In this document: positions 19,849 to 30,030 of the stretch, piece after piece | Numbering within the stretch: the stretch's first letter is position 1 | Layout of the letters: each line of letters starts with the position of its first letter | From: Minisyncoccota bacterium | Lineage (GTDB): Bacteria; Patescibacteriota; Minisyncoccia; Phycocordibacterales; UBA918 | DNA length: 64,000 nt | Assembly: GCA_022841645.1 (NCBI GenBank) | Contig: JALHRC010000003.1 | Span: 6,553 to 70,552, forward strand | Direction of reading: 5' to 3' | Program-made: the position numbers and the translations under genes | Notes under the pieces: model-generated | Seen by the model: only the letters and a program-made list of their open reading frames with translations | Databases searched by the model: none | What the model was told of the DNA's origin: nothing

Positions 19849-20570
19849 GAGCGTGGTACCGAGTTAGTGTGGGCTGATTCGATCAATTTTACTTTTTCAA
19901 AGAGAAGAAACAGAACAATGATGCCGAGCCAGACAAACAGGAAGACCCCGAGGGTTGCCTCTCCACTTGCATCAATTATAAAAAAGTTAAAGAGCGCATG
20001 CAATACGATAGCAATGAACAACCCAACCGTGGCGTAGGCGAGGCGGACCAGCGGTGGGCGATAAAAAGCGAGCGCGAGCGCCATTCCTACGGTGCCGGAA
20101 GCGAGGACGTGCAGCAAGGTGGCACCCAAGAAGCGGAAACTGCCAAACAGCGCTGTTTCCACGAAGGCACCTTCACCGAGGGGGCGGAACATAAAGAGAG
20201 CGTTTTCGAGTGCCGCAAAGCCGAGCGCGATCACTATCAGGTAGATCACCATATCAATTGGTTCGTCGACTTCGCGGTGCCAGAGAATAACAATGAGCGC
20301 CGCCGTGTACTTGAGTACTTCCTCGATAATTACCCAGAGCGTCATGAGGTTGTCGCCAGCCGGGTAGCAGGCACCGGCCTGCAGGAGGTCGCAGGCAAAT
20401 TTTTGTAAAGGGAGCGCGAGCGGCACCACCAACATGCCGGCGATGAAGGTAATGGCAATAAGCAGGTATGGTTCCGGTCGAGCACGGTCTTCACGTAGCC
20501 AAAACCACAACCAAAACAATGCGGGAATAAGCCCGCCTAAAAAAGCAATTGCAAACGTGGTAGCGTCCAC
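19845..20570 (-). CDS. PrsW family intramembrane protease
   Basis: Motifs IEEVLKY, GFAALEN, LLHVLAS, LHALFN. Confidence 0.88.
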   Translation of the reverse strand: MDATTFAIAFLGGLIPALFWLWFWLREDRARPEPYLLIAITFIAGMLVVPLALPLQKFACDLLQAGACYPAGDNLMTLWVIIEEVLKYTAALIVILWHREVDEPIDMVIYLIVIALGFAALENALFMFRPLGEGAFVETALFGSFRFLGATLLHVLASGTVGMALALAFYRPPLVRLAYATVGLFIAIVLHALFNFFIIDASGEATLGVFLFVWLGIIVLFLLFEKVKLIESAHTNSVPRS

Positions 20571-20711
20571 GAGGGTATTGTACCAAGCGTAGCGGCCCCC
20601 TGGGGCCGCTACGCTTGCCTCTGTGGGGACGAAAAAGCCGCCTCTCCCTAAACCCTTCGGTTAACCGAAGGGTTTTTAGGAAGTTGCAGGAAGTTTCTTG
20701 GGGAGCTTTCC

Positions 20712-20936
20712 GTGGACACTTCGCTACCATTAAGCAGAAACAAGAAGCCGTAGGCGACTATGTTTTGCTTATGCGGCCGCCTCAAACACTACCGTTACTT
20801 TCGTCGCTTTGATGCTCGAAAGTAACGAAGTGTTTGCCTAATCAAAATATGTTCGTGCTCCGCACTCACTATTTCTGTTCATCACTACCTTTGAACAGCA
20901 AAGTGATAAAAGTGGTGGCGGCGAGCCGCCAGTATA
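20712..20936 (-). repeat. Structured element behind valS with a diverged copy of the valS 3' end
   Basis: 20712-20733 matches 20942-20963 at 19/22 nt; internal hairpins. Confidence 0.6.
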
Positions 20937-23162
20937 TTATTGTGGCCATTTCGCTACCATCAACATTTCCGCATCTTTCATATGTGTCGGCAACTCCTGC
21001 CAAATTGCTTCGGTCACAAACGGCATGAAAGGGTGAAGAAGCTTGAGTGAAGTGATGAGACATTCGGCCAGTACTGCTTGGCGGGCAGTCTTGGCGCCTT
21101 CGTCCGTACCATTAATTATAGGTTTTGATTCTTCAAGGATTTTGTCAGCCAGCTCATGCCAGATGTAGTGGTAGGTTTTTTCAGCGGCGAGGTGGAGCGA
21201 GAATTTTTCCAGATCGTCAGACACCTCAGCTACTACGGCGTGGAGAGTAGAAAGGATCTCCTCGTCACTGGCATTTTTTGTACCGGTGGAGCTGGGTGTA
21301 TAGCCATCGAGTGCAGTCAGGGTGAAGCGGGTGATGTTCCAGAGTTTATTGGCAAAGTGCTTGTAGCCCTTAGTCTTTTGTTCTGATAGTGGCACGTCAT
21401 TCCCTGGTGCTGCGCCAATGATAAGTGAAAGACGTACGGCGTCAGCACCATACTTGGCGATCATATCGAGAGGGTCGATGATATTGCCAAGACTCTTGCT
21501 CATTTTGCGATTCTTTTCGTCACGCACCAGGCCATGAAGATAGACGTTTTTAAAGGGCACCTGACCAGTGAGGAAGGTGGACATAAGTACCATGCGGGCT
21601 ACCCAGAAAAACAATATGTCGTAACCGGTTTCGAGGACGGTGGTGGGATGGTAGTTTTTGAGGTCGGCAGTTTCCTCTGGCCAACCGAGGGTCGAGAAAG
21701 TCCACAATCCCGAAGAGAACCAGGTGTCGAGGGTATCGAGGTCCTGCTGCCAGCCGTCGCCTGAAGGAGGTACTACATCGCAGTAAATCTCACCATTCTT
21801 ATACCAGACGGGAATGCGGTGACCATACCAAATTTGCCGCGAAATACACCAGTCGCGGAGATTCCCGATCCAGTGGTAGTACACGCGTTTAAAGCGCTCG
21901 GGGAAGATGTCGACACCACCGTGCTCGACGGCGGCGGTCATGAGCTCTTTGAGTGTTACTTCACTTCCCGAGGTAACGCCAGGAATTTCTGAGTGGGGGA
22001 GGACAAACTTCTTATTTACATCAATGAACCATTGCTCTTTGATCTGCGGTTCGATGGTGCCACCGCCACGGCTGTTGGTGGCCACGTTATGGACGTACTT
22101 CTCTTCGATTTTTTCCACTAGGCCTTTCTGCTGAAGTTTCTCGATGATAGCAGCTCGCGCTTTCTTAATGTGCTGGCCGGCAAATTCACCAGCAACCGGA
22201 AGCAACAGACCTTTTTCGTCGATTATTTGTTCTTTGTCGAGTCCGTGCCGCTCAGCAATCTCAAAGTCCGTGGCGTCATGCCACGGGGTGATAGTCATGA
22301 CACCGGTGCCGAATTCACGGTCGATTGAATCGTCCTTGATGACTGTGGCGGTAATTGGACCATTAATCCACTCGAGTTCTATCTGCTGGCCCTGGGTGTA
22401 GTCCTTATAGCGCTCATCGTCCGGATGCATTACCACGTACTTATCGCCAAACTTAGTCTCAGGCCGCGCGGTACCAATGACAAACGGCCCGTACTTAAGG
22501 TAATAGAACTGGTCGGTTTGTTCGACGTGATCAATTTCGTCATCGGAGACGGTAGTCTGCATTTTGGGATCCCAATTGACGATACGGGCGCCGCGGTAGA
22601 TGAGCCCGGCCTCAAACATTCGTTTAAAGGCAGTCATTACGGCGTGGTAGCGAGTGCCGTCAAGGGTGAAGGCATAGCGTGACCAGTCGAGACTCGAACC
22701 CATTTTTTTAGTTTGGCCGATGATGGTGTTTTTGCTTTCCTCAGCAAATTCGTAGACGAGTTTAAGAAACTCTTCGCGACCCAGGTCGTGGCGGGTTTTG
22801 CCCTCCTTCTTGTACAGTTCGCTTTCGACCTTCGATTGCGTCGCAATAGCTGCCGAGTCAGTACCGGGAATCCACAATGTGCGCTTACCTTGCATGCGGG
22901 CGTAGCGAACAAGTATGTCCTCGACGGCGAGCATGGCGGCGTGTCCCATGTGAAGGGTGCCAGTGACATTGGGAGGCGGCAGGACAATCGAGAAGGTGGG
23001 GGCGTCCGCGGCAGCAATTCCTTTCTCTATACAAACATCAGGATTGAAAAAATCGCTTTGCTCCCACATGGCGTAGAGGCGATCTTCGTGACCTGCTGGG
23101 TCGTAGGGCTTTAGAAAAACCTCGGGGATGGCGGGTGCGGCGGGTGTGGGGGTGTCACTCAT
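20937..23162 (-). CDS. valS: Valine--tRNA ligase lacking the C-terminal coiled coil
   Basis: Motifs PPPNVTGTLHMGHA, DWCISRQIWYGHRIP, KMSKS. Confidence 0.97.
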   Translation of the reverse strand: MSDTPTPAAPAIPEVFLKPYDPAGHEDRLYAMWEQSDFFNPDVCIEKGIAAADAPTFSIVLPPPNVTGTLHMGHAAMLAVEDILVRYARMQGKRTLWIPGTDSAAIATQSKVESELYKKEGKTRHDLGREEFLKLVYEFAEESKNTIIGQTKKMGSSLDWSRYAFTLDGTRYHAVMTAFKRMFEAGLIYRGARIVNWDPKMQTTVSDDEIDHVEQTDQFYYLKYGPFVIGTARPETKFGDKYVVMHPDDERYKDYTQGQQIELEWINGPITATVIKDDSIDREFGTGVMTITPWHDATDFEIAERHGLDKEQIIDEKGLLLPVAGEFAGQHIKKARAAIIEKLQQKGLVEKIEEKYVHNVATNSRGGGTIEPQIKEQWFIDVNKKFVLPHSEIPGVTSGSEVTLKELMTAAVEHGGVDIFPERFKRVYYHWIGNLRDWCISRQIWYGHRIPVWYKNGEIYCDVVPPSGDGWQQDLDTLDTWFSSGLWTFSTLGWPEETADLKNYHPTTVLETGYDILFFWVARMVLMSTFLTGQVPFKNVYLHGLVRDEKNRKMSKSLGNIIDPLDMIAKYGADAVRLSLIIGAAPGNDVPLSEQKTKGYKHFANKLWNITRFTLTALDGYTPSSTGTKNASDEEILSTLHAVVAEVSDDLEKFSLHLAAEKTYHYIWHELADKILEESKPIINGTDEGAKTARQAVLAECLITSLKLLHPFMPFVTEAIWQELPTHMKDAEMLMVAKWPQ

Positions 23163-23224
23163 AAAGATAACGATTAGAAACGCATCGTAGCACGAAAAAG
23201 CACCGTCTTGAAGGCTCTTCGCAC

Positions 23225-24403
23225 TTACTCTGGCAATCGGTCGTGGGATGATTTGTTGCCGAAGGCGCGCATGTCGCGAGCAACCTCAGGACTCATTTTT
23301 TCTTCCAGGTGGGCGTGCCCAGCGAGTGCAATCATCACGCTGTTGTCGGTCGAGAGAGTGATCTCGGGCAGGTAGACGGCGAGGTCGGGGAAGTGAAGTG
23401 GGGTAGCGAGCGCCGCGACGCTTTCGCGGAGGCGCTGATTGGCGGCTACGCCGCCGCCCACGATGACACTTTCAGCAGCGTGCGTCTCCACCGCCTTTGC
23501 CAGTTTCGCCACCAATACTTCAATAGCAGCGTCTTCAAAATCACGCGCGAGCGCGCTTACCTCGTCGTCGGTGAGCGCACGGTCGGCAATAGTGTAACGG
23601 ACGGCGGTTTTGAGACCAGAAAAGGAAAAGTCGAGATCGGGTGAGGTGAGCATGGGGCGCGGCAGTTCGGCAAAGCGCGGAAGGTTCGCTGCGCGTGCTG
23701 CCTTGGCACGGCGACTGATCTGTGGTCCACCTGGATACGGGAGACCGAGAAGACGCGCGACTTTATCAAACGCTTCGCCCACAGCGTCGTCGCGCGTGCG
23801 ACCAAGGAGTTCGTAGTGCCCCCAGTCTTTCATAAGGAGTAGCTCCGTATGGCCACCAGAAACCAGGAGAGCAATGGTGGGGAAGGAAAGGGCCGCGAGG
23901 CGCTGTCCATCAAAGATGGAAGCTAGCACATGTCCTTCCATGTGATTTACCGCTACCACCGGCACATTCCACAGCTGAGCGAGCGCTTTGGCAAAATTTA
24001 CCCCTACCCATAGTGCCGGTTCGAGGCCGGGGCCACTCGTGACTGCAATGGCGTCGATGGGGAGCTTTCCGTGCTCGCGGTGGAAGGTGAGGAGGGTGTC
24101 CGCGAGTCCCTCTTCACGCAGGAGGAGTTCTTTGACGGCAGCTTCGTCGGCCGGGCTGTCGGGCACCTTAGTGCCCGACAGCCCGGCCTCACGGAGCGCC
24201 TTCTCAAACACCGGTACGATTGTGGCAATATGCTCGCGTTTGGCGAGCATCGGTACCACACCTCCATAGGCGCGGTGATCGTCCATTTGCGACCACAGCG
24301 CGTTTCCTAAGACCGTGTAGGTAGCGCTCGGGAAGTCGCCTACGGCCTCCACGATGCTGATCGCGGTCTCGTCGCAGCTTGTTTCGATGGAAAGCAGTAA
24401 CAT
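23225..24403 (-). CDS. tsaD: tRNA N6-adenosine threonylcarbamoyltransferase
   Basis: Motifs IETSCDET, HMEGH, SGGHT, DDAVGEAFDKVAR, TDNSVMIA. Confidence 0.95.
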   Translation of the reverse strand: MLLLSIETSCDETAISIVEAVGDFPSATYTVLGNALWSQMDDHRAYGGVVPMLAKREHIATIVPVFEKALREAGLSGTKVPDSPADEAAVKELLLREEGLADTLLTFHREHGKLPIDAIAVTSGPGLEPALWVGVNFAKALAQLWNVPVVAVNHMEGHVLASIFDGQRLAALSFPTIALLVSGGHTELLLMKDWGHYELLGRTRDDAVGEAFDKVARLLGLPYPGGPQISRRAKAARAANLPRFAELPRPMLTSPDLDFSFSGLKTAVRYTIADRALTDDEVSALARDFEDAAIEVLVAKLAKAVETHAAESVIVGGGVAANQRLRESVAALATPLHFPDLAVYLPEITLSTDNSVMIALAGHAHLEEKMSPEVARDMRAFGNKSSHDRLPE

Positions 24404-24414
24404 GGTGTACTAGT

Positions 24415-25287
24415 CTACATTCCAATTTTCCACGTACCCTTTTCTAAAAAGGCTTCAATGGTCTGCCGTTTTGCCTTGTTGATGAGATTGGGGTGAGAGA
24501 GCCGTTTGCTTTTTGCATAACTAGCTAACGTCACAATTTGTTTACCCTCAAGATATGCCAGGTGTCTATGGTAGCTATTACACAGTGCTCGACCGACAAT
24601 GTCTTCCATAACTCGCGTCATACCCGCACGATCATATTCTTTGAATGCCTCATAGTACTGTGTGCGCTCCATGAATTTTATATTGATGGGTACGTACCCG
24701 TCACGAATGAGAAGGTAGTTGTTCATTACACGTCCGATGCGGCCGTTGCCGTCGACAAAAGGGTGGAGGTGCTCAAACGCTAAGTGTAGTCGCGCTATGC
24801 GAGCAATGATGTGTGAGGCCGTGTCGCCCCTGTAGGTAGCGAGAATATCGTGCATGGTAGGTAGGAGCGTCTTTGGGTCGGGTGCGATGTGGGTACCGAC
24901 ACGCACGTACTCGTTAGGTTGGCGGAAACGACCGGCAATATCTTTACTGATGTTTCCGAGCAGCATTTCATGTAGTGATAGAAGAAGTGTTGTATCGAGC
25001 TCTCGAGCTGGTGCCTGCTTTTCAACATATTCCATTACTCGCGCTAAATTCTTGGCCTCAAATAATTCCCGCTCCGACACGTAGCGACTTAATTCGAGCT
25101 CGAGCAAGATTTTTTCGGTTTCTTCCAGCGTCAAGGTGCTATTTTCGATAGCGTTTGAGTTGTAAACATGGTCTGCTACTTCGGCCTCGCGCAATAGGAC
25201 GACCAAGGCCTCTTTGCCAGTTATTGCGCGGTGGTACCGAAGGCGTAGCGTGTCGACCAGCTTAGCGAGTTTCAAAAGTTTTTTCAC
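24415..25287 (-). CDS. Fic family protein
   Basis: Catalytic motif HPFVDGNGRIGR; inhibitory SNAIEN motif. Confidence 0.92.
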   Translation of the reverse strand: MKKLLKLAKLVDTLRLRYHRAITGKEALVVLLREAEVADHVYNSNAIENSTLTLEETEKILLELELSRYVSERELFEAKNLARVMEYVEKQAPARELDTTLLLSLHEMLLGNISKDIAGRFRQPNEYVRVGTHIAPDPKTLLPTMHDILATYRGDTASHIIARIARLHLAFEHLHPFVDGNGRIGRVMNNYLLIRDGYVPINIKFMERTQYYEAFKEYDRAGMTRVMEDIVGRALCNSYHRHLAYLEGKQIVTLASYAKSKRLSHPNLINKAKRQTIEAFLEKGTWKIGM

Positions 25288-25499
25288 CCACTAAGTATAG
25301 CATATCTTAACGATTTTAGCAACTCAAACCGTTAAAAACAACAAAAAAGGTGCTATTTTAACGAATTTAGTGATTTTTTCATGAAAATTTAATGGGGACA
25401 TGACATCGAGTCATAGTGTACCTACTGCTAGCAGAACGCCCTGGTACCCCCGCGTGCTACCCGGCTCTGCTCTACTGTGGGGTGAGCTCGTCAGATGTT

Positions 25500-26345
25500 T
25501 TACACAAAAGTAAATGGTAGCTCGTTAAAGTTCTCAACCCGGATGCTGGCCGCGTGCTTGTGACCACCACCACCGAACGTTTCGGCGAGCACCGCCACAT
25601 CAACTTCACCTTCGCTCCGTAGCGAAATATGCACCGCGCCACGATTACGATAGTACACGATACCCAGCGGTGTTTCTCCACTGGCAGCATTTAGTTGTGC
25701 CAGACGGTGACCAACTATTGAGCGGTGCGGCCGCGCGCAGTTCACTGCCCAGGTCTCATGGCCTGCAAAAACCACTCGCTCCCTATAGGTGAGTAGTTCT
25801 TCAACTAATTTATCTGATACCGTTGCTGCCACCTCACCTTTGGCAATAAATTCGTTGAAGAATTTAGCGTTTTCAAAGTTAGTTGCCAGCTCGTCGAAGT
25901 GAGCAAATGTCATTGGTTCAAGAGCCAGAGCGGCACCCACTTCGCGATGGTCGGGCAAGACAAATCGCCACAAGTCTTGATCTTCAATATATAACAGCAG
26001 CTTTGGTACAGGGATTGCGGGGTGAAAATATTGCCAGGCTAGTACTGCTCCAGAGTGATCAAGATCGAAGACATTTTCAGGAAATGCTGTCACCGCCGCT
26101 TCTCCACTCTGGTGATGGTCAATCACAACGACCGAGCGATTTTGTGCGCGTAGTGTGGTGAGCGTAGGGAGGTCAAAGCTGTAGTCGACGATATAGATTT
26201 CCTTATCAATTAGTCCTTTAGGCACTGAGGCTTGGGTGGTGAGGGGAATGTAAGTAGCTTCTTCACCAAACTTCTTCCAGGCTGCATAGGCAGCACCAAA
26301 GCCGTCTTGGCACTGGTCGTGGTAAATGATGACGATGGTGTTCAT
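25500..26345 (-). CDS. DHH/DHHA1 phosphoesterase
   Basis: Motifs YHDQCQDG, VDYS, IDHH, SLRS, GGGGHKHAA. Confidence 0.88.
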   Translation of the reverse strand: MNTIVIIYHDQCQDGFGAAYAAWKKFGEEATYIPLTTQASVPKGLIDKEIYIVDYSFDLPTLTTLRAQNRSVVVIDHHQSGEAAVTAFPENVFDLDHSGAVLAWQYFHPAIPVPKLLLYIEDQDLWRFVLPDHREVGAALALEPMTFAHFDELATNFENAKFFNEFIAKGEVAATVSDKLVEELLTYRERVVFAGHETWAVNCARPHRSIVGHRLAQLNAASGETPLGIVYYRNRGAVHISLRSEGEVDVAVLAETFGGGGHKHAASIRVENFNELPFTFV

Positions 26346-26411
26346 GTTCCAAAGCGTACTGCCTTGGTGAAGCTATGGCAACAGGGTGCCAGAGGCCCGG
26401 ACCTAGGAACC

Positions 26412-26825
26412 TCATTTCCCCGCCCAGTAGCCACGGAATATTTGGATAAGTGAGCCGAGGGTGAAAACTCCATACACGAGACCGAGTGCTACAAACTCAA
26501 ACAACGCATCAATGTCTCCAATGTATGAGGCGCTGTCGTCACGGAGTACACCAAAGTTGACTGCTGCCACCAGTAGAAATGAAATGGGTAACGCGTATTT
26601 TGCAAATCGCCACCAGTACTGAAAAGATGTGTGAGATCGCAATGTAATGAGGCAGAGCATCAAAACTAATGGAAAAAAATAAAATATGTGTTCAATTGTG
26701 TCATAGGTTGTTCGGCAATCAATTTGTGGAGCATCACACAAACCGAAACTAACTGAATTACGTGACACCAAAGCAATCAAAGTTCCTAAAAGAGATAGTC
26801 CGATTACGGTTTTTTGTAACAACAT
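26412..26825 (-). CDS. Small multi-TM hypothetical protein
   Basis: About four hydrophobic segments; starts 8 nt after the upstream stop. Confidence 0.7.
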   Translation of the reverse strand: MLLQKTVIGLSLLGTLIALVSRNSVSFGLCDAPQIDCRTTYDTIEHIFYFFPLVLMLCLITLRSHTSFQYWWRFAKYALPISFLLVAAVNFGVLRDDSASYIGDIDALFEFVALGLVYGVFTLGSLIQIFRGYWAGK

Positions 26826-26833
26826 ATTTAAAA

Positions 26834-29524
26834 TTATATTTCGCTTAATAATACATCAACCATACGGATTGCTTCCTGCGACAAGTCTGGGGCCAATAGT
26901 CCACTGTCTCTGTAGGATATGACGAGGAGACGGAAGGCAGTAAGCACATTACGCTCCTGAAGGCGAGCAAAAGTAGGCTGGAGGGACCGTCGTTGTCGAT
27001 TGTATTCACCTAATCTCAGCGTACTAACAAGTCTATTCTTTTCTAGTGTCGGCAAGGTAAGGGTATTTACGAACGCCAGCGCGACAGGATAGGTCACTAC
27101 CACCCCGTTAGTGTTGTAGTGGCGATCAGTGACGCCATTTCCATCATAATCTACCGAAAGTACCACTGGCGACAGACCGGGGGAGATCGCGGCTATTACC
27201 ACGGTGTTGGTGGCCGAGGGAACCCCCGAAAAAGTTTGCCGCTTTTTAAGTTCATTACCTTCGTGTAGTTCAATATCAAGCGTAAATGAACCTTGGGCGT
27301 AACCACGGAGCTCAAGGATGATATCAGGTATGTCGGCCGGTAATGATATGTACTGCAATTCACCAAAACGACGATAAGTAGCATTTGGGATGTCGACAGT
27401 AGAACTACTCACCTCACCTTCACTAGTTACAATCGACAAATCTAGTGGGGAGTGGAGCTGGAAAGTAAGGCGTGAAAATCCTGTAAAATCAGGTTGTGTT
27501 TTGGTGAGGTAATTGTATGTTTCATCAAAACTAGCACTATTAATAGTATTTTCTACGAAACTTATAAGGTCGACCACTTCAAGAATATTTGAATGCTTTC
27601 TGTTTGGTGCATTGTCGTCGTTATACTCAAAGAGATTCAACCACCATCTCTCGACATTATTACCAGTTAATGCAAGTGCACTCGGAGTAACTACTGTCTC
27701 GTCGCCATCGATCACTGTTCGTATTTGAGGCCGGACCTCCCATAGGTACTGAATACAAGTGCCAGAAATAAACTTCGCGCAAACTCGTACTGTAGTGTAC
27801 GTAATTTTAGCCGGTGTCGATAGTCCTACCCCAGCAATTTGGTAGACTTCTAATGTCTGCGGTGGCTGCCAAGCAGCTTGTTTTTCTTCAATTTCCCGTG
27901 CATAGGCCAAAAGCTCATCGTTTAATAGCTGCGGTGTAACCAGGTCTTGGTCTAGTGCCCGAGAACGACCACTGCTGCTACCAAGAAAACGATGGAGAGT
28001 AGATCGGTCAGTAATGTCACCGTAGTCGTCACGCCAGGCAGTGGTAGATGCTCCTGCCTCAAAGTCTATAACCGGAGTGGAAACGCTGCCACCCTGACCA
28101 TCAAAATATTCCTGATTAGGAAGTAAATGATACCCCATTGGCATGTTAGTGAGGAGCCGGCGTGACATTTCTTCATCGAGTACAAAACCGAGACCAAGAT
28201 CAGTGCCGTGAAGAAGAGATATTAGAGCTTCCGGCGTCCCCACCTGTGGTACGGCAACAAGAATCAGATTATCAATCTTGGCAAGCAGCGGATCATTCGC
28301 TTCTTCAAGTTCAATCAAAAACTGCTTTGCCACCAATCCCCCGTTTGAATGTGCCACCAGGGTTACCTTGCTTGAGAGCGATGTGGATGCTAAAGCGGCC
28401 AAGGTTTTATAGAGATGTTGCTCGCGGAGCGGCAAGTCTCGCCGCGACAATAGTTGGTCAGTGGTGGCTGCGCGCCATGATAGCAATGTGTCCGATAACT
28501 TGAGGCGCCAATCGTACGGCACAATAGCGTAATCAGCGATTATACCTTCACCTCGCCAGTCATCAAGCGAATTGACGAAGGATTTATAGTAATTAAGTGT
28601 GTAGGCTTCGTCCACGAGTCCCCGCCGCCCGACATACGTGTACAGAGGGTTAATTGATTCTCCCGCACTGCTCATCGACATTCGTGCCTGGAAACATTCG
28701 TTGCTATCTACCCAAACTTCGTGTTCTTCCCCATCGGCTGCGCAGGCGTTGGTTACCTCAAACAACCGCGACCCCATTACGCCTGGCAAAAACAGCACAC
28801 TCGACGCACCGGTCGGCGAGGGCTCTTCGGGCGCCAAAGTGAAAGTAAGCGTAGTTACCCTGTTTGGTAGGTGCCCATGAGCGTGAGCAGTAGCGACAAG
28901 CCACTCCCACCAAGGCCGTCTATGCTCGACGTTGTAAATCATCGATTCAACAACAACCATTGTGTAGGTGCCAGCAAGTAGTGGCGGTTGAGGGTGGGTG
29001 AGGCTGTAGAGGTAATCGAGTAAATCGCCATAGCGGTTGGAACTTTCTTCGTCGTCAGGAAACGGCTCACTGTCATTGTTAAGAAAGGCTTCAATGTACG
29101 GAGTAACATCAATTTCTGGCGGAAAAAAGTCGTCTGCAGCAGCGCGGTATTCGGCTTCGGTGTAGGATGGTGGATTCAGCGAAACATAGGTGTAGCTGTT
29201 ACCATCATGTCGGTACACATGGGGCTCAGCAAATGAGTAGGTGGTGTCACTATCGAACTGAAATGCTGTCGTCCCCAACGGAGGAATGAGTACCGTGGCG
29301 CCCTCTTCAACCACCGTTCCCTCAATGCGCAAAACGCCGGGCACCCCTTCATCGGTCACGCCAAACGGATTTTGGCAGTCGGTAATTGGATAGGTGAAAA
29401 TAGCATCTGCGCTAAGGTGGAATTGTGGACCTGTGATAGTGCCACACCCCTCTGCGTGGACGTACGAAACTGGTCCTACAAAAATGAGGAAGATGAGAAC
29501 CGCGACGAAGCGCCAGGTGCTCAT
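26834..29524 (-). CDS. Large exported alpha/beta hydrolase (LCAT/lipase-like)
   Basis: Signal peptide (VHA-E), FLPGVMGS, PYDWR, AHSNGG nucleophile elbow, PQVGTP, DGDETV. Confidence 0.8.
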   Translation of the reverse strand: MSTWRFVAVLIFLIFVGPVSYVHAEGCGTITGPQFHLSADAIFTYPITDCQNPFGVTDEGVPGVLRIEGTVVEEGATVLIPPLGTTAFQFDSDTTYSFAEPHVYRHDGNSYTYVSLNPPSYTEAEYRAAADDFFPPEIDVTPYIEAFLNNDSEPFPDDEESSNRYGDLLDYLYSLTHPQPPLLAGTYTMVVVESMIYNVEHRRPWWEWLVATAHAHGHLPNRVTTLTFTLAPEEPSPTGASSVLFLPGVMGSRLFEVTNACAADGEEHEVWVDSNECFQARMSMSSAGESINPLYTYVGRRGLVDEAYTLNYYKSFVNSLDDWRGEGIIADYAIVPYDWRLKLSDTLLSWRAATTDQLLSRRDLPLREQHLYKTLAALASTSLSSKVTLVAHSNGGLVAKQFLIELEEANDPLLAKIDNLILVAVPQVGTPEALISLLHGTDLGLGFVLDEEMSRRLLTNMPMGYHLLPNQEYFDGQGGSVSTPVIDFEAGASTTAWRDDYGDITDRSTLHRFLGSSSGRSRALDQDLVTPQLLNDELLAYAREIEEKQAAWQPPQTLEVYQIAGVGLSTPAKITYTTVRVCAKFISGTCIQYLWEVRPQIRTVIDGDETVVTPSALALTGNNVERWWLNLFEYNDDNAPNRKHSNILEVVDLISFVENTINSASFDETYNYLTKTQPDFTGFSRLTFQLHSPLDLSIVTSEGEVSSSTVDIPNATYRRFGELQYISLPADIPDIILELRGYAQGSFTLDIELHEGNELKKRQTFSGVPSATNTVVIAAISPGLSPVVLSVDYDGNGVTDRHYNTNGVVVTYPVALAFVNTLTLPTLEKNRLVSTLRLGEYNRQRRSLQPTFARLQERNVLTAFRLLVISYRDSGLLAPDLSQEAIRMVDVLLSEI

Positions 29525-29851
29525 GGAGGTACTTCTAGCGTAACGCCGCCCTACCCGAGCGCAAGGGTAAGTGTGTGGGTAACTTTTTGACTAGACTACT
29601 TTCATAGGTACTGGGAGCAACGTCACTGTCGTGCGACCCTGTGGAAAAGGCTTGATTTATAGTTACTTTTATGTAAGAATGATTAAGAAATCGCCCGCGC
29701 CTCCCTCAAAAGAGTGTGCGGGCTTTTCGTTGTGTGGGGTATAATTTTCACGAACAACAATGAGTACTGGAGCTTGCCAACTCTGGCAAATGTCCATGAG
29801 AGCAAAGGTGCCCTCGTACGCGGGCCCGCACCAAAACCAGGTAGAGAAGTC

Positions 29852-30023
29852 CGGTGCAGGACTTGACCCAGAATCACGGATTTTTATTTCGTCTGCGACT
29901 CATAAAAATGCTCGTGTTCTTGGTCGGCCCCTCGCGTAGGTTGCTCCTTAGTGGTCGCAACCTACATGCGCCGGGGCTTCAAGTCCTGACACAACGCCCG
30001 CAGGGGCGTTGTTCACCACGCAC
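29852..30023 (-). mobile_element. tRNA-end-associated structured mini-element (outer, at tRNA-Val)
   Basis: Direct copy of the tRNA-Val 3' end, 111-nt core homologous to 45230-45339, inverted copy split by a 25-nt hairpin; mobility is inferred. Confidence 0.7.
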
Positions 30024-30030
30024 CGTCGTC

